Assembly: GCA_951406725.2 (NCBI GenBank)
Contig: OX597818.1
Location: 115,506,001 to 115,570,000 of the forward strand
From: Octopus vulgaris
Lineage: Eukaryota
Direction of reading: 5' to 3'
Length of the DNA: 64,000 nt
This document shows positions 13,697 to 26,915 of this stretch, in pieces (the first letter of the stretch is position 1; each line of letters starts with the position of its first letter). Made by a program: the position numbers and the translations under genes. The notes under the pieces were generated by a model. It made no database searches. It was given only the letters and a program-made list of their open reading frames with translations, and was not told the DNA's origin.

Positions 13697-14385
13697 CATC
13701 ATCATCATCATCATCATTTCTGCAGTCATTATTGTCTTCATCAGCATCCTTACTGTTTCCATCATCATCATCATCATCACTATCACTGCATCATCATCAT
13801 CATCCTCATCACCATCATCATCACCACCATCATCATCACCATCATTGATGCTACTGCTATTATCATCATCATCACTATCATCACACCATCATCACCATAA
13901 CCATCATCATTATCATCACCATCACCATCATCATCACCATCATCACTGCATCATTACTATCATCACTATCACTGCATCATCATCATTACCATCATGTTCA
14001 CTGATGCTACTGCTATCATCATCATCAATATCACTGCATCATCATCATCATCACTATCACCACCCTCATCACTGATGCTACTGCCGCCATCATCATCACT
14101 ATCACTATCACAGCCACCATAATGCTCATCAGTGTCATCACCATCATCATCAACTGCATCAATACCACCATCACTATCAAGATGATTATCGTCGTCACAG
14201 TCATCAGCAACATCATTGCCATCATCACCATCAGCCACATCACTATCATCACCACCATCATTATCATCATCATAACCATTATTGCCATCACCATCAGTGG
14301 TCAGCATCATCATCATCTTCATCACCAATGCTATAGCCATCATAATCATCACCATCGTCAACCTCTTCGTTACCATCATCGTTAT
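13697..14385. repeat. Degenerate (CAT/CAC)n trinucleotide tract
   Basis: Seen directly; source of the poly-His/Ile/Asp/Met artefact ORFs. Confidence 0.95.
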
Positions 14386-14752
14386 CTTTAGAGAAAATCT
14401 TAATCAAATTGCATTGTGATGGGGAAGGATAAAAAAAAATTACACTTTTGGTTTTTTTTCTTTTTTTTTTTAATCTCTTTATTTTTTTTTTTCCTTTTTA
14501 TACAACAATAATACCCGTAATTAACTGAACGAGAGTCATACTGTGGTGTATAGCCTTATGTAAGCAGTACCTGAGTGGTAGATGGCTAACAGACATTATA
14601 ACAATGTCATTGTATAGTGGTGATGGTGTGAGGAAGAGGAGGGAGAGGAGGACAACAGTGCCAGATTAAACAGCAGCAGCAGCAGCAATTTCATATGAAT
14701 TAATTTCCATTTCTGTGGATGAAATTACAGGCAATCGGTTCACTTGCTTTAG

Positions 14753-14754
<2 letters not shown>

Positions 14755-14795
<41 letters not shown>

Positions 14796-15070
14796 TTGCT
14801 CTCTGTCTTTCTCTTGTTCTCTCCCTTCCTCACTCTTTTTCTTGCTCTCTCCTTATCTTGCTTTCTCTCTCTCTCTCTTGCTGTCTCTTTCTCTCTCACT
14901 CTCTTGCTCTCTCTCGCTCTCTCTTTCACACTCACTTTCTCTCTTGCTCTCGCTTTCTCTTTCTCTTGCTCTCTCTCTCTCTCTCTTTCTCTTGCTCTCT
15001 TGCTCTTTATCACTCTCTCACTTTCTCTCTCACTCTCTTGCTCTCTCACTTTCTCTTTCGCTTTCTCTCT
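14755..15070. repeat. (CT)n polypyrimidine tract
   Basis: Seen directly. Confidence 0.95.
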
Positions 15071-15401
15071 ACAACTTGTTAGGATCAGCAGAGCAATCTC
15101 TCTCAGATCTCATTCTAACATTTTACATTTAAGACAGAACACTTTTGACCAAGTAATTCTAAATAGCCTTAAAACACACAGCAACATGATTAGAAGCTAT
15201 ACAACAAAGGCGATTTCACCAACTTTACAGCAATATATATATATATATATATATACATACACACAATTCAATTTATGATGAAAGTAAGCTTTAGAAGCGT
15301 TGAGATGTATTGAAAGATACAGAAATAATTTTTTCTCAAACGCATGATAATGCTAATACAAAAGCATGAACAGGATAAACTATGCATAAATTGCAAAAAA
15401 A

Positions 15402-15587
15402 TTGTTACTGGCCAGCCATGAGACTCGAACTCAAATCCCTGAGATTACATGTCAAGTGCTTTACCTTTAAGCTTAACTGCCCCATAACGAATTGTTCTAA
15501 CTATCCATATATTGTAAAAAAATAAATTTGTTACTGGCCAGCCATGAGACTCGAACTCAGATCCCTGGGATTATGCATCAAGTGCTA
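15402..15587 (-). pseudogene. Tandem tRNA(Thr)-like pseudogene copies (one full at 15409-15482, one 5'-truncated)
   Basis: Minus strand GGGCAGTTAAGCTTAAAGGTAAAGCACTTGACATGTAATCTCAGGGATTTGAGTTCGAGTCTCATGGCTGGCCA has a D-arm GCTT/AAGC, GTTCGA T-loop and downstream T-run. The anticodon stem is imperfect. Repeated about 126 bp away. Confidence 0.5.
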
Positions 15588-15737
15588 GGGTTGATCCATT
15601 CAGACAAAATTCTTCAAAACAGTGCCCCAGCATGGCCACAGTCTAATGATTGAAGCGAGTAAAAGATAAATTACTTCAAGGAAATACAGCGGTATCTCTT
15701 TGAAGATACACTCACCAAGCGGTGACGGTGGGGAGGA

Positions 15738-15795
<58 letters not shown>

Positions 15796-16323
15796 GGGCT
15801 ACTTTCAGTTTCTGTCTCCTGAATCTACTCACAAGGCTTTGGCTGGTCTGAGGTTATACCAAACATCACCCCACGCTTCAGTCACAATCCAGACAACCGT
15901 GGTGACTATCACAGCAAAGCGACCAACCATCCACTGAAATCATGACCCATAAAAATAGCTGTATGCTAAGCTAACTTTGTTCATATCTACTTTACTTGCT
16001 ACATGGGAATTCTTCGGTACTTTGTAACACTTAACCCTAAGCCGTACAAAGATTATTTTGTGTGTCATATTTTTTTAGTTTTTTTCCCTTTCATTTAACA
16101 TAGCTTCCACTCTGAAATTTTCCATGCTATCATGGTTTTGAAAAGACATTTAGTAGTAAGATGATAAAATGAAAGATTAATATTTCAGGGTATGAACATT
16201 CAATTAGATTAAATTAGATACTCCACAAACACAAATTTAAGATGGAAAAAGTGTGCACAGTATGCATGTATGGATGAAGAGAGAGATAGGTATGTGAGAT
16301 ATGTGTGCGTGAGTGTGTGTACA

Positions 16324-16370
<47 letters not shown>

Positions 16371-17092
16371 GTTGTGATTAATAAAAATTCTAGTATCTTC
16401 CATCTTCCGTCTTTCATTTACCAAATATATATATATAGATAGATATAGATATATATATGTATATATATATATATGTATGTATATGTATATATAAATTATT
16501 TTCAACTAGTGGCATTCTGTATAATGCATTTTAAAAATCACAGAACAAGTGATCTTAATTAGATATACCTGTACACTGGATATAGATATACCATTACACT
16601 TCATACCCATATATACTTCTACACACCAAAATACAGAACTGTTATATCTTGCCTTATTAAATAAAACATACCCCAGCTCCCATCCAACAAAATATTTACA
16701 CTAGGAAACTTTTCCAAAAACTTGTGAATGTCATCTTTTGCATGTAGAGGAAGGCTCACTTCCACAAATTAGATTTAATCTCACAACCTAAATACCACTA
16801 CACTATCAAAACACATAACTACTTCCTAAATAAAGCATCAAAGACTTAAAGCTCTTTGAAGCCAACTTTCTAAAACTGGTAACCAACATTAAATTCTGCA
16901 GGAACATTAATCTTTCCCAACTTCTACCTAAGAAGATTAAAAATTCTAATGAAGCACAATTTTTCAGGCAAGGCTAAGAGGCCATACGAAGTAGACAACA
17001 GCCTCCACACAGTAACTAATAAAAGACATAACCCACATTTAATGAAGGATTAGCTCACATACACACATGCATACATACATACATATACATAC

Positions 17093-17437
17093 ATGATGAT
17101 GGTCATCCACTCGTGACTGAGGAAGACCACTGCTGACCTTTAGGAACATTGTGCGCTCTAAGACTAACTTATATTTTGCATTTGCAGCTCCTTTGGAGAC
17201 TAATGAGCCCTGCTCTTGACAAGCATACATGACTACAAACATTGCAAACCAAACTTTCCCCATTCACTACCCCAGCAGTGCGCTTTAAGGAGCATGCTTA
17301 AATTCTTCATGCAGAATACATGCTCTCTCAAAAGTGCTAACCCCCTGATTAACCTGCTTCCTCCATCTGTGGTGATGACAGGTATTGCTCTCCCAGGCAG
17401 TGTCCAGCATATCACAGGCCTTTAATGAGGACTTGAC
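17093..17437 (-). mobile_element. RTE-clade LINE 3' fragment (C-terminal domain with zinc-knuckle-like motif, (CAT)n tail)
   Basis: KSSLKACDMLDTAWESN...RWRKQVNQGVSTFE, then after a frameshift LVCNVCSHVCLSRAGLISLQRSC*. Short 3'UTR ending CATCATCAT. Confidence 0.8.
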
Positions 17438-17550
17438 ACACACATACATACATACATATACATACATAGTTCAGGTTTATACCTGTAATTATTGAGATCC
17501 TGGGATATGTAACACACTGCCTAAATACCAATCTTGAGAAATTAGGCTTC

Positions 17551-18284
17551 TCAAAACCAGAAAGGAGAAAGCTAATTCCAAGACTACAGATCCAATCCAT
17601 CACTGGAGCTGTAAAAATCTGTAGAACTTTCCAGAAGTTTATCATTTAAATATATATGAGCATGCCTAGATATGTAACTCTATGCATTAGAATACATACA
17701 TAAAACAAAACATACAAATCTGCACACACACACACACACATACATACATACATACATACATACATACATACATACATACATACATACATACATACATACA
17801 TACATACATACATACATACATACAAACAAAAATACCTGTTGTTGATGTTGAAATTCCAATGAAGGGGTCTTGGATCTAGGTTAGAAACCAGTTCTTTCTC
17901 TATTGGGAAGAAATCTTGAAATAAACTTAATAATGACATACAGGAGACTCTATAATGAAATCTGCCAGAAGGATAACCCGGAGGTTCAAAACCAGAAAGG
18001 GGAAAGCTAATTCGAAGCTAATTCCAATCGATCACTGGAACTGTAAAAATCTGTAAGACTTTCCAGAAGTTTATCATTTATGTATATATTAGCATGTGTA
18101 GATATGAAACTATGTGCATGAGAATACATACATAAAACAAAACATACAAATCTGCAGATGCATACAAACAAAAATGCCCTATTGCTGATGTTGAAATTCC
18201 AATGAAGGAACCTTGGATCTGCATTAGAAACCAGTTCTTTCTCTACTGGCAAGAAATCTTGAAATAAAACTTAAGAATGACATG
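17551..18284. repeat. Tandem direct duplication of an unclassified repeat (17551-17940 and 17986-18284); first copy carries a (CATA)n expansion
   Basis: Both copies run TCAAAACCAGAAAGG.GAAAGCTAATTC ... GAAATCTTGAAATAAA. Confidence 0.85.
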
Positions 18285-19241
18285 CACGTATATGCTATTA
18301 ACTGTGAGGTTAAAGTAAAAAAAAATTTTTTTAAACAGTAGCATACAACTTAAACGCAGACACCAGACTAGAAACACTTGTTAAATGGCAAGCATTTATC
18401 ACACACAAGGATTACAAAGATTGTTCTGCCTCTAATCACCAGAGGAGGCTTATTAACTCCCATCAAGTCCAAGATAGAACTCATTACTAACAAAATAATT
18501 ACCAACGTCATTAATAATCTTTTCTATTATAGGTACAAGGCCTGGAATTTTTTCTTTTTGTGTGTGTGTGTGGTGGGGAACAAGTTGATTACATCAAGCC
18601 CAGTGTTTCATTGGTACTTAATATATCAACCCCAAAAGAATGAAGGCAGAATTTGAACTCAGAACGTAGCAATGGGCAAAAGCCAAGTGAAATTGTAGTC
18701 ATGGCAGATACCAACATCACGGTAATAGCACCCTTACCAGTGGCAAATAAAGGTACTAAATACACCTCCAGAGTGGTTGGCATTAGGAAAGGAATCCAGC
18801 CACATCAGACTGGAGTCTTGTGCAACCTCCCAGTTTACCGACCCTAGTCAAATTGTCCGACCCATGCCAGCATGGACAACAGACGTTAAATGACTAAGAA
18901 GGAAGGGGAGGAGGAGGAGGAGAAGAAGAAGAAAAAGAAGAAGAGGTGTATACACAATATTATTGTTCAAGCAGGCCTATGGAAAAAGGCATTGAAGCCA
19001 TGAGAACCCTATCTTTTTGTCATAAGGACTACACTGTTTACTGTGTCCTTCCTTTTCCAAGACTGTAGGAGATTTAGCTGCTTTTTCTAACAGTTTGAGT
19101 AACACTCAGAAGCTCTTATCTGTGTCTACCAGTGTACTGTAATGGAAATTGCTGTGCGTGTGTGTGTGTGTGTGTGTGTGTGAATGTACATTATTCACTG
19201 TGTGTATATTGGAGATAATGTGTGTCTATATATTGATGTTA

Positions 19242-19471
19242 TTTCTTTATTGCTCACAAGGGACTGAACATAGAGGAGACAAACAAGAACAGACAAAGGG
19301 ATTAAGTCGATTACATCGACCCCAGTGTGTAACTGGTACTTAATTTATCGACCCCGAAAGAATGAAAGCAAAGTCGAACTCGGAGGAATTTGAACTTAGA
19401 ACGTAACGGCAGACAAAATACTGCTAAGCATTTTGCCCGGCGCCCTAACGTTTCTACCAGCTCGCGGCCTT
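19242..19471 (-). mobile_element. SINE family 1, full length, 15-bp TSD
   Basis: TSD TATATATTGATGTTA at 19227-19241 and 19472-19486. Confidence 0.9.
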
Positions 19472-20549
19472 TATATATTGATGTTACTGTGTGCATGCTT
19501 TGAGGGAGGTTTGACTGCTGTTTCAAGTAGTCTGAGTGACTACTCAGAGGCTTTGTCATCGAAGCTCTCTAGATGGTTGTTCTTGCAACATCCCAGATTA
19601 GCTGCCATCAAAGAGACTTATCATAAAAGACAGTCCAGCCATGACCATTCTACCTTTGTATACTACAGAATACTAGGGACCACATTGTCCAATGTGGCAT
19701 TCCATTTTTAGCAGCTAAATTTCCCTCAAATTACACCCCTACCTTCTAAAAACGAAAGGGCTGCATCAGATAATTCGGTCCTATTTGAAAAGTAAGAATG
19801 GATTAAATTGATCAAGATGAAAATCCTTTGATCACGGGTCTACTCAATCAGGACTGAACTATGGTCAAACAACAAAACAAAGAAATCATCTTTTTTATTT
19901 ATTTATTCATTTTTTTTTTTGGTATGATATTCTAGCTTTTATGAAATTAAGTTAAAAAGAACAACTATTTTTACTGATACACATGATAAAACAAATAAAA
20001 AGAAAATCTAGGATTTTCTGTCAATTGTGCTGTAAAGAGAAATGAAGAAATTACAAAACCCCAAAACAACAACAACAACAATATAAATATAGCCACTGAT
20101 ACTCATTTATTTATTTATTTTCCTTCCTGTCTAAGCAATCCAAAGAAATTCCTAAATAACATTCAGTCTTTCGGAATAGTACACAGATGCTTAGATTATC
20201 ATGTAAGATTTCTACAAACACAATGTGCATGTCAATTTCGTTGGGAGGTTTTGTTTATTAATTTTTATTATATTTGTTAATTATTTTCATTTATTTTATT
20301 TATTTATTTTTTTTTTTTGGTGTAGTTATTTTTTATTCCTTGAGTTGAAAACGTACAGTGGCAGTGGTGGTGGTTGTTGTAGGTAGGTAGGTAAAGAAGA
20401 AGAGGTTCCGAATGTCTAGAAGAGAAGGATGCCAGCCCATAAACAATAACATGCACTACAATGCTTATACCTGTCGTTTGCAGGCAGCTATATAAACTGC
20501 ACATAGTGAAAACTAAACAATGGAACAAAACGCCTGCACACAAACAGAT

Positions 20550-20621
<72 letters not shown>

Positions 20622-20808
20622 GTGGTGGTGGGTGTTCAAAGAGAGTCAAGAACATCCCATGCTTTGAAATACATTAAATTCCCTCTTATCAACGGAAGAT
20701 GCTCGCTAAAGATATGTACTTCTATATTTGAAGAAACTAACACACAATAAATTCTCTCTTATCTGATACTCAACCAGAATTTCCAAGCAACCCTACCACC
20801 CAGCAAAA

Positions 20809-20852
<44 letters not shown>

Positions 20853-20929
20853 GCAGGCTTCTTTTATTATCTTCTATTTTTAATTAGGGTCAGGAGAAAT
20901 TGTGCTAAATTACGTTAATTGTTCTTTAA

Positions 20930-21358
20930 CCCTTTGGCATTCAGATAACACTGCCAAATGTAATGTTTATTCATATAGTTTTGAATTAATCATGCATTAT
21001 CTCGTAGCTTTAAGATTTCAATGATGTGATTGTTTATTTTTAGAATGACATTGTAGGATAAGTGTGAAAGGCCAGATTTGGTCAGTTTGTACATCATCAT
21101 CATAATCATCGTTTAACTTCCGTTTTCCATGCTAGCATGGGTTGGACGGTTCGACCGGGGTCTAGCAAGTCAAGAGGCTGCACCAGGTTCCAGTCTGATC
21201 AGGCAGTGTTTCTACAGCTGGATGCCCTTCCTAACACCAACCACTCCATGAGTGTAGTGGGTGCTTTTTACGTGCCACCAGCACAGTGCTGAAGAATAAG
21301 TAATTGACATCGCTAGTAGGGGCTGGATACAAAACAGGCCTAACTGCTGCTAAAGGGT
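20930..21358. mobile_element. piggyBac-like MITE (second family) interrupted by a family-3 retroelement
   Basis: TTAACCCTTTGGCA ... TGCTAAAGGGTTAA. Related copies at about 42431-42640 and 43308-43527. Confidence 0.65.
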
Positions 21359-22259
21359 TAAAAACAGAAAGTTTCTATTTTATCTAAAATGGATTGTTGT
21401 TTCTCATAGTATAGGCTTTTATTTAATTGTATTTACTGTACCTAATCTAATTACCTTTATTTAATTAAGAAGATCCACTATCAGCTACCAGTCTTCAACA
21501 GTATACAGGAATTCTATCCAACTTTAAGAAAAAAAGACAGTTTTCTTCCAAGGGTGGTATTTACTGGACTGAGTGGCTGTAGGGACCACCTCTGTAACTG
21601 CCTTGAGTGCCTGCTCATGGTACTTGAGGATTGCAGCTATTTGCCAAGACTCAGGGGGTAGCTGCTGAAAAGGTGCTAAAGGGACTCTCTTCTGGAGTAA
21701 AGTGAGCAGGGGAACAATTCACTTCTGCCCCATGTGTGAAGGTTTGTTGGGCTTGGTAAAGCATAATATACAACCTGGGTCAGGTCAGAGAGAGAGAGAG
21801 AGAGAGTATTTGTGTCTATGTTTATACTGGTCTAAAGTATGATTTTGTTGTTCATTTTGTGTAGTTAAATGTCCAGTAACTTCACTGCCAGTAATTCAAT
21901 AAAAAGCGATTGGTAAATAGAAGTATACCAGAATGGTACAAGTACTTAGATCAATATCATCATCCAGAACCCTTAAACACAGTGCTCCAGCATGGCCATG
22001 GTCTAATGATTGAATACAGGAAACAAGTAAAAAAACAAAAAAAAACACAATAAAATGAAATATAAAATCAGTAACGATGCTTCTTGCCAAGTTTTCTTTC
22101 TGTTGCACTGGGTGGTTAATATTGATTTACAGTAAGTTACATATTTAGTTAAAAAAATAACGAGCTGGTTTTAATGCCTTGTGAAGTAGATAATGGCACG
22201 AGATATAGAAAATGGATAATCAACAAGCGAACAAGTGTGATACATAAAAATTATCACTG

Positions 22260-23555
22260 TCGCCGTTTAATGTCTGCTTTTCATGCTGACATGGGTTGGA
22301 TGGTTTGACTGAGGACTGGCAAGCCAGGAGGCTGCACCAGGCTCCAATCCGATTTTGCATTGATTCTACAGCTGGATGCCCTTCCTAATGCCAACCACTC
22401 CGAGAGTGTATTGGGTGATTTTTTATGTGCCACCGCCACGAGGGCCAGTCAGGGGGTACTGGCATTGGCCACGTTTGGATGGTGCTTTTTATGTGCCACC
22501 AGCATGAGAGCCAGTCACGGGGTACTGGCATTGGCCATGTTTGGAAGGTGCTTTTTATGTGCCACCGGCATGATGGACAGTCAGGGGGTACTGGCATTGG
22601 CCACATTTGGATGGTGCTTTTTCTGTGCCACCAGCATGAGGGCCAGTCAGGGAGTACTGGCATTGGCCACGTTTGATGGTGCTTTTCACGTGCCACCAGC
22701 ATGATGGACAGTCAGGGGGTACTGGCATTGGCCACATTTGGATGGTGCTTTTTATGTGCCACCAGCATGAGGGCCAGTCAGGGGGTACTGGCATTGGCCA
22801 CATTTGGATGGTGCTTTTTATGTGCCACCAGCATGAGGGCCAGTCAGGGGGTACTGGCATTGGCCAAGTTTGATGGTGCTTTTCACGTGCCACCGGCATG
22901 AGGGCCAGTCAGGGGGTACTGGCATTGGCCACATTTGGATGGTGCTTTTCACGTGCCACCAGCATGATGGACAGTCAGGGGGTACTGGCATTGGCCACAT
23001 TTGGATGGTGCTTTTTACGTGCCACCAGCATAAGGGCCAGTCAGGGGGTACTGGCATTGGCCACGTTTGGATGGTGCTTTTTATGTGCCACCGGCATGAG
23101 GGCCACTCAGAGGGTACTGGCATTGGCCAAGTTTGATGGTGCTTTTCACGTGCCACCGGCATGAGGGACAGTCAGGGGGTACTGGCATTGGCCACATTTG
23201 GATGGTGCTTTTTATGTGCCACCGGCATGAGGGCCACTCAGGGGGTACTGGCATTGGCCATGTTTGGATGGTGCTTTTTACGTGCCACCAGCATAAGGGC
23301 CAGTCAGGGGGTACTGGCATTGGCCACGTTTGGATGGTGCTTTTATGTGCCACCGGCATGAGGGCCACTCAGAGGGTACTGGCATTGGCCACATTTGGTT
23401 GGTGCTTACGTGCCACCGGCATGAGGGACAGTCAGGGGTACTGGCATTGGCCATGTTTGGATTGTACTCTTTACGTGCCACCGGTTCGCCAGACCCCAGT
23501 CAAACCATCCAACCCATGCTAGCATGGAAAGCGGACGTTAAACGATAATGATGAT
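22260..23555 (-). mobile_element. Family-3 non-autonomous retroelement carrying an expanded 66-bp VNTR, followed by a short opposite-orientation 3' end
   Basis: Minus-strand 3' end ...GGAAGGGCATCCAGCTGTAGAA...CCAACCCATG..GACATTAAACG at 22260-22420, then the VNTR, then a + strand 3' end at 23490-23555. Confidence 0.75.
22427..23485. repeat. 66-bp minisatellite, about 16 units
   Basis: Unit GTGCCACCAGCATGAGGGCCAGTCAGGGGGTACTGGCATTGGCCACGTTTGGATGGTGCTTTTTAT, with occasional 65-bp variants. Confidence 0.95.
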
Positions 23556-24721
23556 TATTTGAAACCAATTCAGATCAACAGTGGAGGCATGGTCATATGT
23601 ATTTAAAAAGTTTGCTTTGCAATGATGTGTTTCTGGGTTCAGTTCTACAGTGCAACACTTTGAACAAAAGTCATCAACCAAAAATTTGTGTAGATTCAAA
23701 CCTTCAGGCTCACTATCCTCATTTTCATGCCCATATTTCTAAGCTTGCGTGGGTCAGATGGGATTTGATGAAGTAGATTTTCTATATGACAGGATGCCCT
23801 TCTTGCCACCAACCTTCACTTCACTTGTTTTCCAAGCAAGGTAATATTCCCCCATGGCCAGACATGTGTTCATGGCAGATTGGAAACAAGGGAGACCACC
23901 TGCATGATGGTGATACTCATTTACAATTGTCACATGATGTCAAGGCAAGGAGATAGTAACATACGCACAAACACACACACACACACAAAACATGGTTCTA
24001 TCAGTTTCCAATGACTGAATCTATTCACAAGGCTTTTTATCAGACCAGGGCTATAATAGAAGACACTTGCCCAAGGTGCTACACACTAAGACTGGACTTG
24101 GAACCATGTAGTTGGGGAGGGGGGGCTGCTTACCACACAGCCACACCTATGCCTATCACAGAGTAAAACGAAATAAAGTGTGTAGTAGCTTATCAATAAC
24201 CTATCAATTGAGCTGAAGCCATCATCATCATCATCATTTAATGTCCGTTTTCGATGCTGGCATGGGTTGGACGGTTTCACTGAGGTCTGGAGAGCCAGCG
24301 GCTGCACCAGGCTCCAAACTGAGCTGGCAATGTTTCTACAGCTGGATGCCTTTACTAATGCCAGCACTCCGAGAGTGTATCACATTTAATCTGACAATTG
24401 GTTTCAGAGTACCCCTAGGTACTTGGGTACCTTCAACAAAGCCTCTCTTCTTTGCAAACATTTGGAGCATGTAACCTATTTCTTTACTACCCACAAGGGG
24501 CCAAACACAGAGGGGACAAACAAGGACAGACATAGGCATTAAGTCGATTAATGTAACAGCAGCTGAAATACCGCTAAGCATTTCACTCGACGTGCTAACG
24601 ATTCTGCCAGCTCGCCGCATGTAATCTGTCAGCAGATGATCCTTGAAATCACCATATTTCCCTTCCCATTCTTGGATGTCCAGCAAAACATGTCAAAGGT
24701 GTTGGCTTTCAGCCACTAAGT

Positions 24722-24768
<47 letters not shown>

Positions 24769-25347
24769 TATAATTTGAATGGAGGCAATACCAGCGGAAA
24801 ACTAGAGGAACGTGACCTATTATCCAATAGAATATTCAGTATATATGTGTGTACTTTCTTCGACATTAATAAATCAATATAAAGTTTGAGACAATATTAG
24901 TATCAAAAACATACAAGCACATAAACATATAAATATTTAACATTAAAAAACACGCAAATATTTAAAAATACGTAGGCTCAATTTGAGCACTTTGATTCTA
25001 GCCTGTTTCTGAGTATTGTCAAAGTTAACAATTTCTATATAAAATAGTATAATTTATATATATATATATATAATGTATATATATATGATGACAGACTCTC
25101 CTGTCAAATATGATGTATGAGTGTTCAGTGTCTGCTGAACGACCAGCACAAATGATTTTTCAGTTTATAGTTTTCAAATGTTCGTGCTGTGCAATTAGCT
25201 CACTCCGTCCATCAAATCAACATTACCTCTACAGCTGCACATGTGTGCCACATGTCAGATGGTGAAATGACTGCAAAGCAGAACTGAACCCATGATCTAG
25301 CTATCATGAGTGCAACACCCAAACCACAAGGCCACATGCCTTCACCC

Positions 25348-25603
25348 ATATATATATATAAAGCTGAAGTTGTCTCTGTTAACACCAAAAATTATTTACA
25401 TCAAAAAGGTGCTTTTTATCTATTAAAATCCCCATTTTTTACGATTTTTTTTACTGCTGTGTCGCCATTTTTCGGTGTATTTCAACCAGAAAAATGTTCA
25501 CTCAAAGAGAATAACAAGCTACATAATGCAAAATTTTTAATTTTCAAAAATTCCAATTCTAAAGGGTCAAAACAAACCCGAGCAACGCCGGGTGATACTG
25601 CTA

Positions 25604-25604
<1 letters not shown>
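25348..25604 (+). mobile_element. Non-autonomous Helitron
   Basis: 3' hairpin ACCCG-AGCAACGC-CGGGT followed 7 nt later by terminal CTAG (25601-25604). 5' end ATATATATAAAGCTGAAGTTG; no TSD; sits in (TA)n. Confidence 0.75.
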
Positions 25605-25647
<43 letters not shown>

Positions 25648-26515
25648 CAGACAGATGTATGTGTATGTGTGTATAGATCATAAATGACACATATTTGGAA
25701 AGCAATGGCATTAATTGTCCAGAATATATTTTTATCGTTTAATCAATAAACAAGCCTTCAATCTTTTTTGTCATTAATGATTTTTTGACCTTGTCTTCAG
25801 GGTAACTTGTACTTTTACCTGTGAACAGGTAATCTTGTGTATAAATGATGCATTCTGGACAGGGTGAATTTCCAGTTGAGAATTTGTTCATGGCATTGCT
25901 GTGGATCCTGATCAGCTCACATCATCATCATCCAGTGTTTTGAAGCCGGGTTTTCTCCCCATTAACAGGGGTGGCCGGATCTACCTCAATGCTATAGCAA
26001 CCGAGGTAGGCAGGTGCAGCTCACCCCAACCTTTGGGCTGGCTAATGCCCATTTTCCTTTGCTATCATGAGGCTTTTTTGGAGCTGGATTTTCTACAGGG
26101 AGTATGCCCTTGCTTACCCCCAACCTTGGTTTCTAGACATGAGTGGTCCCGAGACCAAAGCCTCTCCTACGATTTTTGAGCTCAGGAAGGCAAATTATTA
26201 TTATTATATATTTATTTTATCAGAGTTTTTTTAATCTTTTTACCTGTGTGGTAAGAAGCTTTCTTCCCAACCATATGGTTCCGGGTTCAGTCTCACTGTA
26301 AGGCACCTTGGGTTGATCAAAGCCTTGTGAGTGGATTTGGTAGACAGAAACTGAAAGAAACCTGTTGCGTATGTGTGTATGTGTGTGTATGTATGTGACT
26401 TTGTCTCCTCCCCATCACTGTTTGACAACTGGTGCTGGTGTGTCTACATCACTGTAACTTAGCAGTTTGGCAAAAGAGCCTGATAGAATAAGTAATAGGC
26501 TTTAAAATATATATA

Positions 26516-26915
26516 TACGAGGGTGAGTCAAAAAGTAGTTTTGTTTAGGACAGGTATAACAACCAACACAGAAACATGTATCATGCATCAAAATGAAGCT
26601 GGTCCTCCGTGCATCACATCCCTTCTTCTCAACATAGTTACAGTTTCTCTCAATAGCAATGTTCCACCTTCAAATGAGAGCGTGTATCCCTGCCCCGTAA
26701 AATTCTGTTGACTCTTCTTTGAGCCACTTCTTTACTACAGTTTTCACTTCCTCGTCACTGGAATAATGCTTGCCTCGCGAACCCTCTTTCATGGGGCCGA
26801 AGAGATGATAGTCTGGTGAGGAGGAAGTGAAAACTGTAGTGAAGAAGTGTCTCCAAGAACAGTCAACAGAATTTTACGGGGCAGGGATACATGCTCTCAT
26901 TCGAAGGTGGAACAT
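26516..26915 (-). mobile_element. Mariner transposon 3' relic with internal fold-back duplication
   Basis: TA + TIR CGAGGGTGAGTCAAAAAGT. Minus strand encodes PDYHLFGPMKEGSRGKHYSSDEEVKTVVKKWLKE...FYGAGIHALI*RWNIAIERNCNYVEK, a mariner C-terminus just after the YSPDLAPSDY motif. Confidence 0.88.

Noticed and set aside
13628-15278. Poly-His/Ile/Asp and LS/ER-repeat ORFs
   Set aside because: (CAT)n and (CT)n tracts.
17850-17900. CCAATGAAGG...GAAACCAGTT hammerhead-like string (also near 18195-18242)
   Set aside because: Core is CCAAUGA in both copies and stem I does not pair in register.
22360-23548. 22-aa repeat ORFs and CRISPR-like periodicity
   Set aside because: 66-bp head-to-tail minisatellite with no unique spacers and no cas genes; frames are broken by 65-bp units; eukaryotic context.
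25816-25892. Possible WDFY3 first exon (ATG...MNKFSTGNSPCPE followed by a GT donor)
   Set aside because: No similarity to WDFY3 residues 1-60, and the phase-1 donor is incompatible with phase-0 exon A.
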